Shown here piece after piece: positions 11,185 to 23,930 of a DNA stretch of 64,000 bases (position 1 is its first letter; each line of letters starts with the position of its first letter). The position numbers were made by a program, and so were the translations under genes. The DNA is from Lama glama (Eukaryota), in contig CM052817.1 of assembly GCA_028534125.1 (NCBI GenBank), forward strand, positions 41,108,001 to 41,172,000, written 5' to 3'. The notes beneath the pieces were generated by a model. It did not search any database, was not told where the DNA came from, and saw only the letters and a list, made by a program, of their open reading frames with translations.

Positions 11185-11410
11185 TCCCTGTCCCCCTTCC
11201 CTGATTTATTTTTGCTAATAACACTTTTAACTTTCCAAAACACTTCCTATTTCTCTTACTTCTTAATTTTTTTATTTCTCCCTTGGAATCTAAAATCCAT
11301 GGGATCTAAGCTCTATGAGAGCAGGGGTGTTCCCTGTTTTGATCGGTGTTCTGTTTGTAGCATCCACAAAGTACCTTGCTCAGAAATAACTGGCTGAATA
11401 CATTAATGGA
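11185..11410 (+). mobile_element. L2a 3' end
   Basis: 'taagctctatgagagcaggggtg...tgttttgatcggtgttctgt...ctggctgaatacattaatg'. Confidence 0.65.
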
Positions 11411-11579
11411 TCCCACCATTCATCTGTGTTGCTTGCACAGGAAAGAAGAGAGGTCATATTCATAAGTCAGAAACTATCTGAGTATTTCCTGGAAACATTG
11501 ATGAGGCATGTATATATGTCTATATTAATAAGAATTTTCCTCTCTTATTGGGCATAAATAGGTTTGAACATGTTTACTA

Positions 11580-11800
11580 ATATATTAATCAATATAGGCT
11601 ACATTATGCTATGATAACAAACTCGTCCCTAAATCTCAATGGTTTACCTCAACACAACATATGCAGTGCTGGACAGCAGGAGGTTCTGCTCCATATGATC
11701 ACTCAGGAACCCAGGATAACAGTGTCTCCACCATCCTTTGACACCAGCACCTCAGCGTGATACTTTAGAGTTTGCTGCTGGAAGAAAAAGGAGAACAAGG
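11580..11800 (-). mobile_element. MaLR LTR fragment (MLT1I-like)
   Basis: 'tattaatcaatataggctacattatgctatgataacaaac...aaatctcaatggttta...tcactcaggaacccagg'. Confidence 0.65.
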
Positions 11801-12379
11801 AGGATGTATAACCCTCCTCACATTTGCTCAGAGCTTGCTCCTTTCTCCAGAAGGTCCACATCTTTTCCCAACATGACCTCAAAGGCAGCTATGTGAACGT
11901 TACTACATATGTATGAACAGCACTTGAAGCAAATTTTTTTTCAGTAAATTAAAGGGAAAAGAAATCACACAAGGATGTCAACAGGTAGTCACTGACCCAC
12001 TCAAGTGACTGGACCAAGACTGGCCGGCTGCGACCATGTGTGTCTGACCCAGCACCCTCCCTACTCGTTTTCTCTCCATCTCCTATTGAAGTAAAATTGC
12101 TCCAGCAGAATCCATCTTTCTGAATAGAGATGTCTGTATGGACCTGACCGCCCAGGCCCCATGAAGCAGGAAAAGCAAGTGCTTACTATTTTCTAAAGAC
12201 AACAGATTCTGGCTTTTTATCTTATTATGAAGGAAATTCCATCACACCAGCTCAGTCACTGGCCTCGAACACTCAGGCTTGGCAGGAGGAGTTGTGCATA
12301 GTCTCAGCATGTCCTGTTATCATAAATTCACGCTGCTCCTCGTGGGAAATGTTTGCAGAAGGCAGTTGTACAAGCCAGC

Positions 12380-13775
12380 AATTGATAAAGCTATACTGAC
12401 ACCTCGTAATCACCCAAAGTCCACAGTTTACCATAGGGCTCATTCTTGATGTATAATAACATGATAACATGTATCTATCAACAGATAGCATCGCACAGAG
12501 CAGTCTCACTGCCCTAAAAATCCTCTGTTATCTGCCTGGTCATCCCCGTCCCTTGGCAACCACTGATCTTTTTATTGTCTCCATAGCTTTGCCTTTTCTA
12601 GAATGTCACAGAGTCGGAATCATACAGTGTGTAGTCTTTTAAGATTGGCTTCTTTCACTTAGCAATATGCATCTAAATTTCCTTCATGTCTTTCCATGAC
12701 TTAGCACTGAATGCCATTCCATTGTCTGGATGTAATATAATTTATTTATCCATTCACCTACTGAAGGACATCTTAGTTGCTTTCAATTTTTGGCAATTAT
12801 GCAAAAAGCTACTATTAATATCCACACACAGGTTTTCGTGTGGACATAAGTTTTCAATTCCCGTGGGTAAATACCAAGAAGCATGATTGCTGGATTGTAT
12901 GGTAAGGGTATGTTTAGTTTTGTAAGAAATTGCCAAACTGTCTTCCAAAGGGGCTGTACCATTTTCCATTCCCATCAGTAATAAATGAGAATTCCTGTTG
13001 CTTCACATCCTTGCCAGCATTTGGTGTTGTCAGTGTTCTGGATTTTAGTCATTCTAATAAGTGTGCAGTGACATCTCATTATTTTAATTTACATTTCCCT
13101 GATGATATATGATGTGAAGCGTCTCTTCCTTTGCTGATTTGCCATCTGTGCATGTTCTTTGGTGAAGTGTCTGTTAAGATCTTTAGCCCATTTCTTAAAC
13201 TAGTTGTTTTCTTATCGTTAAGTTTTAAGAGTTCCTTGTATGAGTTGGAGAATGAGCCTTTGTCAGCTATGTCCTTTGCAAATGTATTCTCCCAGTCTGC
13301 GGCTTGTCTTCACATTCCCCTGACACTGCCTTTTGCAGACCGAAGGTTTTAATTTTAATGAAGTCCAGCTTATCAAGTATTTATCTCATAGATGGTGCCT
13401 TTGGCACCGTATCTAAAAAGTCATCACTATACCCAAAGTCATCTAGGTGTTCTTCTATGTTATCTTCTAGGAATGTTATAGATTTGCATTTTACATTTAG
13501 GTCCATTTTGAGTTAATTTTTGTGAAGGGTGTTAGGTCTGCGTCTAGATTCACATTTGTTTGTTTGTTTGTTTGTGCATGTGGGTGTCCAGTTGTTCCAT
13601 CATCATTTGTTGAAAAGACTATCTTTGCTGCACTGTACTGTCCCTTTACTCTGTTGTGAAAGGCCAGTTGAGTATATTGGTGCAGGTGTGTTTCTGGGCT
13701 CTCTGTTCTGGTCCATTGGGTTTTTGTCCGTATTCTTCTGCCCGTATCACACTGTCTTGATTGCTGTGGCTTCCT
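12380..13775 (-). mobile_element. L1MC-type LINE, ORF2 3' part + 3' UTR
   Basis: 'cacccaaagtccacagttta', 'cactgccctaaaaatcctctgt', 'gattgctggattgtatggtaagggtatgtttagttttgtaagaaattgccaaac'. ORF2 remnants such as 'LTPFTKINSKW' and 'IENLCPHENL' appear in the ORF track. Confidence 0.9.
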
Positions 13776-16344
13776 GCTAGTCATTTTCATTTTTATTTGT
13801 ACACAAACACACACACACTCTTTAGTGGAATGTAGCAAACAGGCCTGGCTGCAGTTTACAGCTGCTTTGGGTGTAGACTATTTTCAAATCAAAGTCATTG
13901 TTAGAGTGTATGAGAATTCTCAGACCCTCTGAATCAGGACACATGCATTGGACTGACATAGATTACAAAAAGCAAGGAAACACCAGCATCTGCCCTGTGA
14001 TTTTCACTAAATTAACACAATTCAGAGCTACATTTCAAGTGTGCAGATGGTACCTTTAAAAAGTAACCAAGCAAGTGAATCCTCTGAATCCATTACAACG
14101 TTTAATACTAAGCTGAATTCTTGGTTAACATTAAGGCTAACACTGACCTTAGCCAAATTCCAAATTTCAGCCAAAACAAATAGATTTCATAGAGATCATG
14201 GCTCAAATTCAGACAAAGAGCAGAGAGAGATAAAAATTGGTTAAACAACTCTTCCTTCCTCTGTGAATTCTGTCATGCTTTCCATCACTCTCTCATCTAC
14301 TTGGTTTAGGTGCAGAAAGTCCTTATTCCTTATCATACCAGATCAAGCTGAATCCGGGTATAGATCAAATGTGATGATAAATTAAGGTGCATCAACTTTT
14401 GTTTTTCTCTCATTCTGCTATTTGTATACATACGCTAAGGTTCAAGGGTAAATCCTGAAGTTAAAAAGAGAAGGTTAAGAAGAATATAGTAGCTGTGTTG
14501 CCGTGTTTTATTTGTATTTTTAACTTTCTCTAAGACTTTAAGTAAAGAAAAGCCATTAAAATCATACACTGGAGAGTAAGGGATTAGAGGGAGCATGACT
14601 CAGAGAAACTAAACACTAGGCTGGCACACGAAGCATCTAAATAGCAGGTTCCAAACCAGCAGTGGTGGCTCATCCTCTGAGTTTCTTAGACGGATTTTTT
14701 TTTTAAATTCAGAGCCTAAATGGATTGCTCTCCATCAAGAGCTTAATTCTACTTTAATTGTACTTAACGATCAAGTACACTTTTATGATACAGAAGTCAT
14801 TTTATTTATGATTATAAGCTAAACAGAGGAGACACTCAGGAAGAATAAACTGTCCACTCAGGATACTGAGGATCAGAAAGAGAGTGTTACCTGAATACTA
14901 TTACCAGGATTTATATTTTCCTGGTGTTGCACAGGTGGGCCTTGCATCTGCTGTGTGTCTGTCCTTCTCCAGAGGAAGCTGCCCTTCCCTGACAATTTCC
15001 CTGCCCATAAATATGACTGAGGATGAAGTACATGAAGGTGTTCAGGCTCATCTGGTCTAATGTACGGAGTTATCTGCCCACGTTCTGAAGGCAGAAGTGG
15101 CCCCAGTGGGAGCAGCAGCTCATATGCATGTGCTCACATCAGCCCAAACTGCAAAAGCCACAAGTACTGGCACCAAAAGCTAGCTTTGCTTTTGGATGGA
15201 GGGCACAGTTTTCACTTTTCTTCAAGGCTGATTAATTACACAATTTGCATCTAGCAATCACTTGTCAATTATAAGCAGCAGACAGCAGATGATACTGTAA
15301 CTGTCTGCTCCATGATAATTTTTAGAGAGGCGTGTTCAAAAATAGAATTGGTTTAGGAAACAATGTAATTAAGTAAGCAGTGGAGAGAAAATATTTCAGC
15401 TGTTCCTATTGCCCTACTCTACACCTCTGTATTCGGCTAAGAGAAGTCTTTTCTTAGGGGTTGATTGTCACTACTGATTTCTAAGCGGATTCCAATGTTG
15501 CTTTTTGATGTGACATTTTATAACTACAGCTACATGATACACAGAAATGCCCTTAGCATCTGCCAAATCTATTCAACTTAAATTGTTTCTTTTAATGTCA
15601 TCTATGTTTTAGAATGATAGAAATTTAAGAGAATTCAGGGAAACTCCACTCAAGGAAGGAACACTATTTTAATAAGTTATCCCTGAAGCATTTATCAGGA
15701 GCTCTGAACCAGTAACCCTTTATGCCAATCAAGCATCAAGAAACTACTGTCAACTTAACATCAACAAAGCCAACCAAACAAGAAGCCAACACACATCAAT
15801 CTTATAACCTGTAAAATTATTACAGATAAAATCAATTCAGTAATTTGAACTGATTCAGATTTAGCATTTATCTGTTAAAAAGAAAAAGAAACGTAAGAGA
15901 AAACAATTATACTCCTTCTCTAGTCTGTACTCACCCTGAAAAAAATGGTATCTTTCAAAGAAAGACTTGAAGGTAGATGGTGAAGAAACATATCGCTATT
16001 TATGACCTAGCTGCATTCTGGCCTATAATGTTTTAGGGATGTAAAATATTTTATGAATATGAATTACCATTATTAGCTAAGATTGTACTTAGCAGACCTG
16101 GAATGCAGCATCAGTGTCTGCTAGTAACTGAAGAACATTCGCAAACAACTTGTCACATTCACCGCTCCCTGGAATGTCATCCCGTCCAAGACTGTCTACC
16201 ACTTTGCCCATGATGCTCTACACAGACACTGGGAATAAAGAATCCTGGAAGACGGTTGGTGCTATTCAATGTCATTTAGAGTTAACAGAGTCTGCTCTAT
16301 ATGCCCTTCATAAATTAATCAACTCTTTTCTTGGTTTTAAAAAG

Positions 16345-16560
16345 AGGCAGTATCAGTGTGATTTATTGGTGAACAGCATAGCTTTTGGAGGTAGACAACT
16401 TTGGGTTCAAATTCTTGCTTTATCATTACATATAGATGATCTTAAGCAATTTATTTCAGTGTATTAAATGTCAGTTTCCAATCTGCATAAATGTTAATCA
16501 TACTTACTTAGAGGGTTTTGCCTAACCCAGTGCCTGGTGTATCACTGTCGAGTAAGAATG
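16345..16560 (+). mobile_element. MIR SINE
   Basis: 'gaggcagtatcagtgtg...ggtgaacagcatagcttttggaggtagac...tgggttcaaattctt...tcagtttcc..atctgcataaatg'. Confidence 0.75.
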
Positions 16561-16607
16561 AGTAACTGGGGTAATCTCTGGCTATCTATATATCTGTCTA
16601 TCTAGAT

Positions 16608-16646
16608 GCATGTGTGTGTGTGTGCACGTGCGTGTGTGTGTGTGTA
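16608..16646. repeat. (TG)n microsatellite, interrupted
   Basis: Directly visible. Confidence 0.9.
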
Positions 16647-16774
16647 AACATTTAGGCACAGTATCAACTTGGTAAGTAGTCAATACAAGTAGTTAAATGA
16701 TGGCCCCTGGCTCTTTCTCCCTGCTACTTTCAACCTGTAACACTCCTCTCTGGGTTTTTCACATGTCTTATGAA

Positions 16775-16850
16775 GTTCTTATTTGCAAGCTATGGAAACC
16801 AGCTCTGGCTAATAGAAGCAGAAAAAGAAATGTATCAAAAGATACTGCTA
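16775..16850 (-). mobile_element. MaLR LTR terminal fragment
   Basis: 'ttgcaagctatggaaaccagctctggctaatagaagcagaaaaagaaatgtat' is the reverse complement of a MLT1J/K-type 3' end. Confidence 0.55.
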
Positions 16851-16894
16851 ATGACAGTTATATAATGTTATCTCAATAATAAATTAAAAAACAC

Positions 16895-16938
16895 TTAAGT
16901 AAGTAAGTAAGTAAGTAAATAAATAAATAAATAAATAA
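16895..16938. repeat. (TAAG)n(TAAA)n tetranucleotide repeat, probably a decayed poly(A) tail
   Basis: Directly visible; follows L1-terminal-like 'tatctcaataa'. Confidence 0.85.
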
Positions 16939-16954
16939 CACTGCTAAAGAAAGT

Positions 16955-17420
16955 CTAAGTTTGGTGAAGTACATGTTGGTACAACCACTTTGGAAAACTG
17001 TTTAGCCTTGCCTACTAAAATTGCATATATGCAGAGTCTGTGATCTCACAAGTCTTCTACCACATAGATAAAATATACGTAAGTGCACCAAAAGGCATGA
17101 GTAAGGATGTTCATGGCAGTATTATGTATAATAGCTCCAAACTGGAAATAATACAAATGTCCGTTAGCAGTGAAATGGATAAACTGTGATAGTCACAGAA
17201 TGGAATACTACACAGCAATGAGTCAGTGAACTATAGCCATGCACAGTGGCATAATGAACCTCAAAAATGTAACATTAAGGAAGAGAATGGAGATCCCCCA
17301 AAATACGTTGTGTGTAATTTTATTTGTATGGCATTCAAGCAGGGTGTGTATGTGTGTGTGGAAAACTATGGTGTTAGAAATCAGGAGAGTGGCTTCCTTG
17401 GTGGAGTGACTGCAAGGCAG
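16955..17420 (+). mobile_element. L1ME-type 3' fragment
   Basis: 'ttggtacaaccactttggaaaactgtttag', 'aatagctccaaactggaaataatacaaatgtcc', 'aatggaatactacacagcaatga'. Confidence 0.8.
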
Positions 17421-19144
17421 CGTGGAGGAGATGCTGCCTGGACGGGGGCCTTGCTTGGCCCTCAGGTTGCTGAGCAGGAGACCCGTCTGTCCCAAGGGAG
17501 GCAGAGAACACTTGTACCCTCCTTGGCCTGAGAGGTCTGGGAAGCCGCAGACGGCCTTGGTAAGAGATGTGAGAGGAAAGTCAGACCCACTAAGGGCCAA
17601 GGGGCAGAAGTGACTCCATGTCCTGACATAGGTCTGCTTTTATATTTTTACCTTTTATAGTAAAATTTCAGATTAAAATGTCATTGGCATGCATCCTCTC
17701 TACTAAAATATTCCTGTATATTCCACTTCTCTTGTCCGTTTGTTTGAGAGAAACTAGTGTTTGTGTGGGACTCTGCGTTCCAGTTTTTAAGTTGTGCTCA
17801 CATGCTTTCTCTCATGTGGAGCATAGCTTCGAGAATAAAGACAATGGCAAAAACGCCTCTATCACTGTGTCTGACCAGAGCAGCCATTCATAACAAAGCT
17901 ACGAGCTGGGTAGGGCAGGGAAGGGAAGTCGTTTAGCAGTATCTTTACTTTTTTTTTTTTTTTTTGAGAAATCAAAAAGAGAAAAGGCTCAAACCCAGAT
18001 CTTCTGACGCCAAATTCTTTGCCCTACAGTTTGAATGCAGTTTGGATAATGGATCACATCTGATAAAATCAAACGGCTGATTTAATGATGGAAAAGTAAA
18101 GTGAGCACACGATGCTGTGCCATGATCCCCACACCAGCTGCCTCCCTGAGTGCGTCCAACTGGGAGTCACCTCTCTTTGTTTCAAAAAGCGGCCCAGAGA
18201 GGGCTCTCCTGCCATCAGGTCCGGAAGAGCTCGTCTACTGATAGGTCAAGAACTATTTCCATAAAACACCACTCCTGCTCCTGAGAATTATACCCATAAT
18301 AGCATTTAAATACCTAAAAATAATATAAATTACATGGTGTAGAGTCTACAATGTGGGCAGGATTTTTAGGAAATTCTTCCCTGTTAAACTGGAGATTAAA
18401 ATCGGGAGGACTGCTTTCGGCTTGTACATCGCTGTGACGTGTAACACATGACAGGGAACTCCAAGACACAGTGATGGGGCAGAGGCGGTCTCAGTACCCT
18501 CTGCGTCCCTCTCAGTTGCAGTCATTGGTTACTCCTTGTTGCTCTGTTTCCTATCAAAACCTGGTGTAAGAGACTACTCTCCCTCAGCCATTTTCCGCTT
18601 ATTGTGAATTAAAACCAGCCTGTCATCTCTCCCAGGGAATTTGACGCTTTAAGCCTTTTGCTCACTATTAATTACAGAATGAATGTCTTTTCCCTAGAAA
18701 AGATATTCCAGGTACAAATAATCAAAGGGTGGGGCTTCCTTAACCTTTGCACTTGAAATTGTACCACTTGTCTGCTCTCCAGAAGAATTATGCCCATGGA
18801 TTATGGCTCCATTTGTGATCTGCCAACTCATCTCACTTAATTTCTAGTAACACAAGAAATTTCTAGGACGACTAGTTAAGGGCTATATTGTTTGAAAATA
18901 TTATTACTGTACATGCTTCTTAGAAATGTTAGAGTATCTCTGAGCAATCTTTTGGTTTCAAGGAGAGAAGAATGATTAAGATTATTTCCACTTTACTATG
19001 TTCAGAGCTGAAAAATGAATCCAAGAGTCACTGTAAGGAAGATATAAGAGTAGAAGCCCAAATGCTTCTGCTTGGAACACAGAGAAAGGCCCAAAAATGT
19101 GAGAACAAAGGCTTATTCCCTTTTCCTTAAAAGTTGCATTTGAA

Positions 19145-19262
19145 GGGGGCAGGGTGTAGATCAATGGTAGAGCACATGCTTAGCATGCACGAGGTCCTGG
19201 GTCCAATCTCCAGTACCTCCATCTAAATAAATAAATAAACCTAATTACCCCCCCCCAAAAAA
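19145..19262 (+). mobile_element. tRNA-Ala-derived SINE (camelid Vic-1-like, with tail)
   Basis: GGGGGCAGGGTGTAGATCAATGGTAGAGCACATGCTTAGCATGCACGAGGTCCTGGGTCCAATCTCCAGTACCTCCA followed by 'taaataaataaataaacctaattacccccccccaaaa'. Degenerate TSD aaagttgcatttga / aatgttgtagttga. Confidence 0.9.
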
Positions 19263-20329
19263 TGTTGTAGTTGAGTGTATATATAAAGGATGCATGGATA
19301 TTTTCATTTTTTATCTTAGCATTGCATAAAACTTAATTAATATGAATTGATTTTATCTTTGAGAACAGAAATTTTGTCCATGTAGTGTCAGAATCCAAAG
19401 CTTAGCTTTAACCTGTGGTTGGAGCACTCGCTCATGCTTGGACCAGACGAAGCTCATATGTTTTCAAACAGACTGTTTTCAGTGATTTTGGAATCTGATT
19501 TGACTATCTTTGTTACTTGTATTTTCCCCGAGCTCCTGAGTTGGAAAAAGTGCTACAACGTAACAAGTCTAATTTATCATAGTCCTCTGATGTTATATCA
19601 AGATAAGTTTGCCTAAGAGTGTAAGTTTTACCTGTTAGACCACGCACACTGTGGCAGTTACTTGGACAACCCAGTTTTTAAAATAAAATGAATTTTGTTA
19701 GCTATTTTTTAAGTGCTTACCAAAGGATTGGTGATTGTCTTATCGCTGCTTTGGTGCCTGGCAATGCTTAGACTTTCAGCAGGGCTAACTTCGTTAATTG
19801 CAGGGCCTTTGATTCAAAATCAACAAAAAAATGCCACTAAATATATTAAAATATGAAGTGTTTTCCTTTCTTCTGCAGTCTCTCTCTCACCTGTTTTTTA
19901 TTGGCTACTTATTGTCATTCTTAGTAAAGAAATACTAAATCAAAGTATGAATTTTATCATTTGTATCTATCATATGCAATGTCAGCTTTAAATGTAGATA
20001 TAAGAGCATTTAACTTGTATGCAGGCTCATTGAAATTATACAATTAATGCTTAGTAGCTTGTGCCCACATATGTATTTCATTCTTACCACACCAGTGGAC
20101 ACACTGTGCAACAGGGTGTGTGCAGGGGAGAGAGCAGAACATTTTGGCAGCAGTGAGAAGTTCGAGTCGAGACAAGAAGGGTTAAGGCCAAAATGTAGTA
20201 TACATTTTATACTGAAGAGTAATACATTTAAAATCAGATCTCCAAAGTAGTGAGTGCTCTTTGTGCCTTTTGGTGCCCAGGGCTTACCCTGATACAAACG
20301 AACCGCCCTTCCTTGCCTATCACCTGCAC

Positions 20330-21010
20330 CCTCATGTCCTCCCCTTCTCTTAGAGTCTCTCAAGTCTCTACTCCTTGTCTCCACTTCCTCACTGCCTAGA
20401 CACCGGTCTTTCCTGGTTTGTGACAACAGTGGCCTAAGTATTTCCCTAGCTTCCAGTCTTCCCTTCTCTCAAATGCATGCTCCCATCTGCTGGCTGAGTA
20501 ATTCATTCAAACATTGCTCTAAAAGCACCTTGCACTTCCTGCCTGCCTTTCCAGAGTCATCTCTCTCCCCCTCTGTCTCACTCTATAAGGTCTAACAGCC
20601 CCAAATTATTTATGGTTCACATCAAAACTCAGCATTTCTTTTTGTTCCATACCTCTTGCCCGCATGACAGTTCCTCTTCCTGCAACACCATAAACCTCTT
20701 TTCATACCCCCAGACCCTCCCTCCCTTCCCTGCCCCACACCACTTTGTCTGCCTCACTTTTGTTCTGTCCTCCCACACGTAGCTCCTGCACCGCCTCCTC
20801 CTGGGAGCCTCCTGGCCACAGGAACTCCCTCCTGGCGGGCGAGATGCGCTTCCTTTAGCTCCCACTGTACCTTCTGCGTACGTGTGTCCTAAATATGCAC
20901 CGCTCCTTTGGAGTGTTATTTGATCACCTATCTTCCCCAGTAGGCTTGGGGGAGCTCCTGGAGAGCAAGACAGCATCTTCCTCACCTGAATACCCCCCGT
21001 GCCCGCTCAG
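20330..21010 (+). mobile_element. Degenerate L2 fragments
   Basis: 'tggcctaagtatttccctagcttccagtctt', 'tatcttccccagtaggcttggggagctcctggagagcaagacagcatctt'. Confidence 0.5.
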
Positions 21011-21199
21011 TACTGACGTGCAGAACGCTGCCCATTCCAACTGCCGCATCTGTTTGTCACTAGTCACTGCAGCACCTTCTCCCCGGTTCATTTGGAAACC
21101 TTTCCTACACTGACTGCCTAAACGCCCCCAGAAGGCTTGTCTCCTAAAAGTTCTTCTCCTCAATATTGATGATTTTTTTTTTGGCTAGGAAGCCTTGTT

Positions 21200-21558
21200 T
21201 GTATTAGTTTTCTATGGCCGCCATCAACTCCCACAGACAGGGTGGTGTAAACAACAGAAATTGATTTTCTCACAGTCTGGAGACCAGATGTTTGAGGTGA
21301 AGGTGTCAACAGAGTTTGTTTCTTCTGAGACTTCTCTTCTTGGCTTGTAGGTGGCTGCCTTCTCCTTGTGTCTTCATGTGATCTTCCTTATGTGTGTGTC
21401 TGTATATAAATTTCCTTTTCTTGTAAGGACCCCGGTTGTTTGGATTGGGGCCCACGCTAATGACCTCGTTTTAATTTAATCACCTCTTTTAAGACTCTGC
21501 ATCCAAATGCAGTCGCATTCTGAGGCGCTGGGAGTTAGAATGCCAGCATATGACTTTG
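21200..21558 (-). mobile_element. MaLR solo LTR (MLT1A0/MLT1B-like)
   Basis: 'tgtattagttttctatggc...aaacaacagaaattgattttctcacagtctggag...ggattggggcccac..taatgacctc...cattctgagg..ctgggagttag'. Confidence 0.9.
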
Positions 21559-22204
21559 AAATCTGCTTATAACTTGCCTCTTCGACGTTGATAATCTTTC
21601 CCTAAGTTTGCTGCTAGTCTCCAAGCAGCCCCACCTGCAGAGAGGCAAGTGACCACATCCCCAGCTCCTTCCTTCCCTCTTGTTGAAAGCACCACATGCT
21701 CATTTCAGGTTTGGACCGCTTAGAGCCCACCCATACTTCCCAGATCACTTTGTGCGTGAAGTTGACCTCCAGTGCTGCGTGGGAACTGTGCATGGCTAAT
21801 TCTTCTCCTGTGTGATATTTTCTCATGTTCAAGTTGTTGACTTTGCATTTTCATTTTCCTTCCTATTTTTTTCTGAACTCAAAGACAAATTAGTGTTCAC
21901 ATCATACAAGTGAATGGACTGTTGGGTGGCGTAACTATCATGTCTTGGTCCTAATGTACCAAAAAGATGTATAATTTTTATATGTTGTTGAGAGTTTTCA
22001 GATACATTGCCTTACTGGATCTTCTTTAAAAGAAATCAAATTATGTGCTGTACATTTTATTGCTAAAGAAATGTAGAACCCCAAAGAGGTCATAAGAAGT
22101 GAGTGTCAAAGCTCTTCTGAAATCCAAGACTTCGGAATGGGGGCCAGGGCTTTTTCTATTTTATCACTGTTATCTTGTTTACAAGGTCCTTAGAGCCAGA
22201 CAAA

Positions 22205-22545
22205 TACTTTTTAAATAAGCATTTACTTTTATGAGCCTATGCTTATTTTATTAACTCATAATTATTTTTTAAATATTTAAAATATTTGCCTATTTTATAG
22301 ACTTTGTGTTTTACTTAAAATTTTTAAAATTTGTAATTATAATTTATAGTGTAAAAGTTCTGAATATTTTTAAATTAAAAAATAAATATACCTATTTAAA
22401 CTTATTTGATAAATTTCTAAATATTCTATTTGTGCCTTTTATAATTTTTATAATCTATAATTGTTATATATTTTACTGAAACATTTTTATAAACTTTTAG
22501 ATTACTTATGTAATCAATATGTTAATATAAAACTTCTTACAAACT
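22205..22545. repeat. AT-rich low-complexity tract
   Basis: About 340 bp of mostly A/T with no clear period. Confidence 0.75.
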
Positions 22546-22739
22546 TAGCAGTACTCAGAGGATTGTTTGTTGATTGACAGGAGGGGAGGAAATCTACTTA
22601 TTAAATTATAGTGGATACCTAATATTTCACTCTGAAGAGGGCACCAAGGAAGAATAACAATGAAACATTCATCATTAACGTGAAAAATAATATTAGCACT
22701 TATTACGTAAGCGTCTTTGCTGAGCTGAATTTTAATTTT

Positions 22740-22885
22740 AACCCCCCCAGACAAACCTCTGATGTAGGTGTCGTCATGTTTTACGTTTGGGGAAACTGAC
22801 GCTTAGTGACTCAAAAGCTTAGTCGAGATCTCAAAGCTACCACGTTATGGGGCTGGAATTTGATCTCGTGCCTCTGACTCCATGC
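22740..22885 (-). mobile_element. MIR SINE
   Basis: 'aacctctgatgtaggt...tttacgtttggggaaactgacgcttag...ggggctggaatttgatc...tctgactcca'. Confidence 0.7.
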
Positions 22886-23367
22886 TTGTTTCATTGTGAC
22901 ACAAGCTGAAGAAATTACAGGATAGAGACAGAGTCAGCAGTTACTCATTGAAACCAGGGACATGTTGAATACAGACACTTGAAGCCAATGAAGCCCATAA
23001 AAAAGGCATTGCATTGCTTTGGTCATCTGGCAGGGAGTTACTGACCTCAGTAGCCCTTAGTGTCCTCGTCTGTAAATATGAGGTTACTTGTGGCATCTTC
23101 CTTATAAGTTTGCTGTGTAGAAAAAAAAAGTGTGTGTACATACATGCATCTGTACGTGATATATGCATATATATGTTACATGGTAGCTGTGTTAATCAGT
23201 CCAATCCTTTTGAAAAGCAATAATCAAATGGTAAATAACAAAAGCTGTAAAAAAAAAAAAAAGTCCATATCTTTAGCAGAAGAACTCTACTCCTGGAAAT
23301 ATATTCTAAAGAAATGATTCAAAAGACCAAAAAAGTATATTTGCATAGCTATTAATTATAGGAAGTA

Positions 23368-23930
23368 AATAGTTTGGTAGTTCCTCAAAATGTGAAACAT
23401 AGAAGTATTTTATGATCTAGCATTTCCACCCCCAGGTGTATAACTGAGAGAAATAAAAACTTGTACGTGAATGTTCATAAATGCTTTATTCATGATAGCC
23501 CAAGTGGGAACAACTCATATGAGTAAACTGATGAATAAAATGTCGTATATCCATTCAATGGAATTTGGGAGGGAATAAAAAGGATGAAGTGGTGATACAT
23601 GCTACAATCTGGATAAATTTTGAAAACATTACACTAAATGAAAGCCACAGAACACAACATACTGTATGATTTCACTTATATAAAATGTCCAGGATAGGCA
23701 AAAATACAGAGGTAGAAAGTTGACTGTTGGTTTCCTAAGGCTGGGGGAGGGGACAGGAGGGCTGGTGAAGGACTGCTAATAGGTAAAGACGGAGATGGGC
23801 AGGGGGCATAAATATTCTAAAGTTACATTGTGTTACTGGCTGCACAACACTGTGAGTGTATTAAGAAACATTGAATTGGGCACTTTAAATAGGTGACACA
23901 GATGTCGGTGAATCGTATCAATAAAACCTT
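23368..23930 (+). mobile_element. L1MB-type 3' end, within older L1ME remnants (~23270-24200)
   Basis: 'agtttggtagttcctcaaaa', 'tactgtatgatttcacttatataaaatgtccaggataggcaaa', 'gctgcacaacactgtgagtgtattaagaaacattgaattg.gcactttaaa', AATAAA end. Confidence 0.85.
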
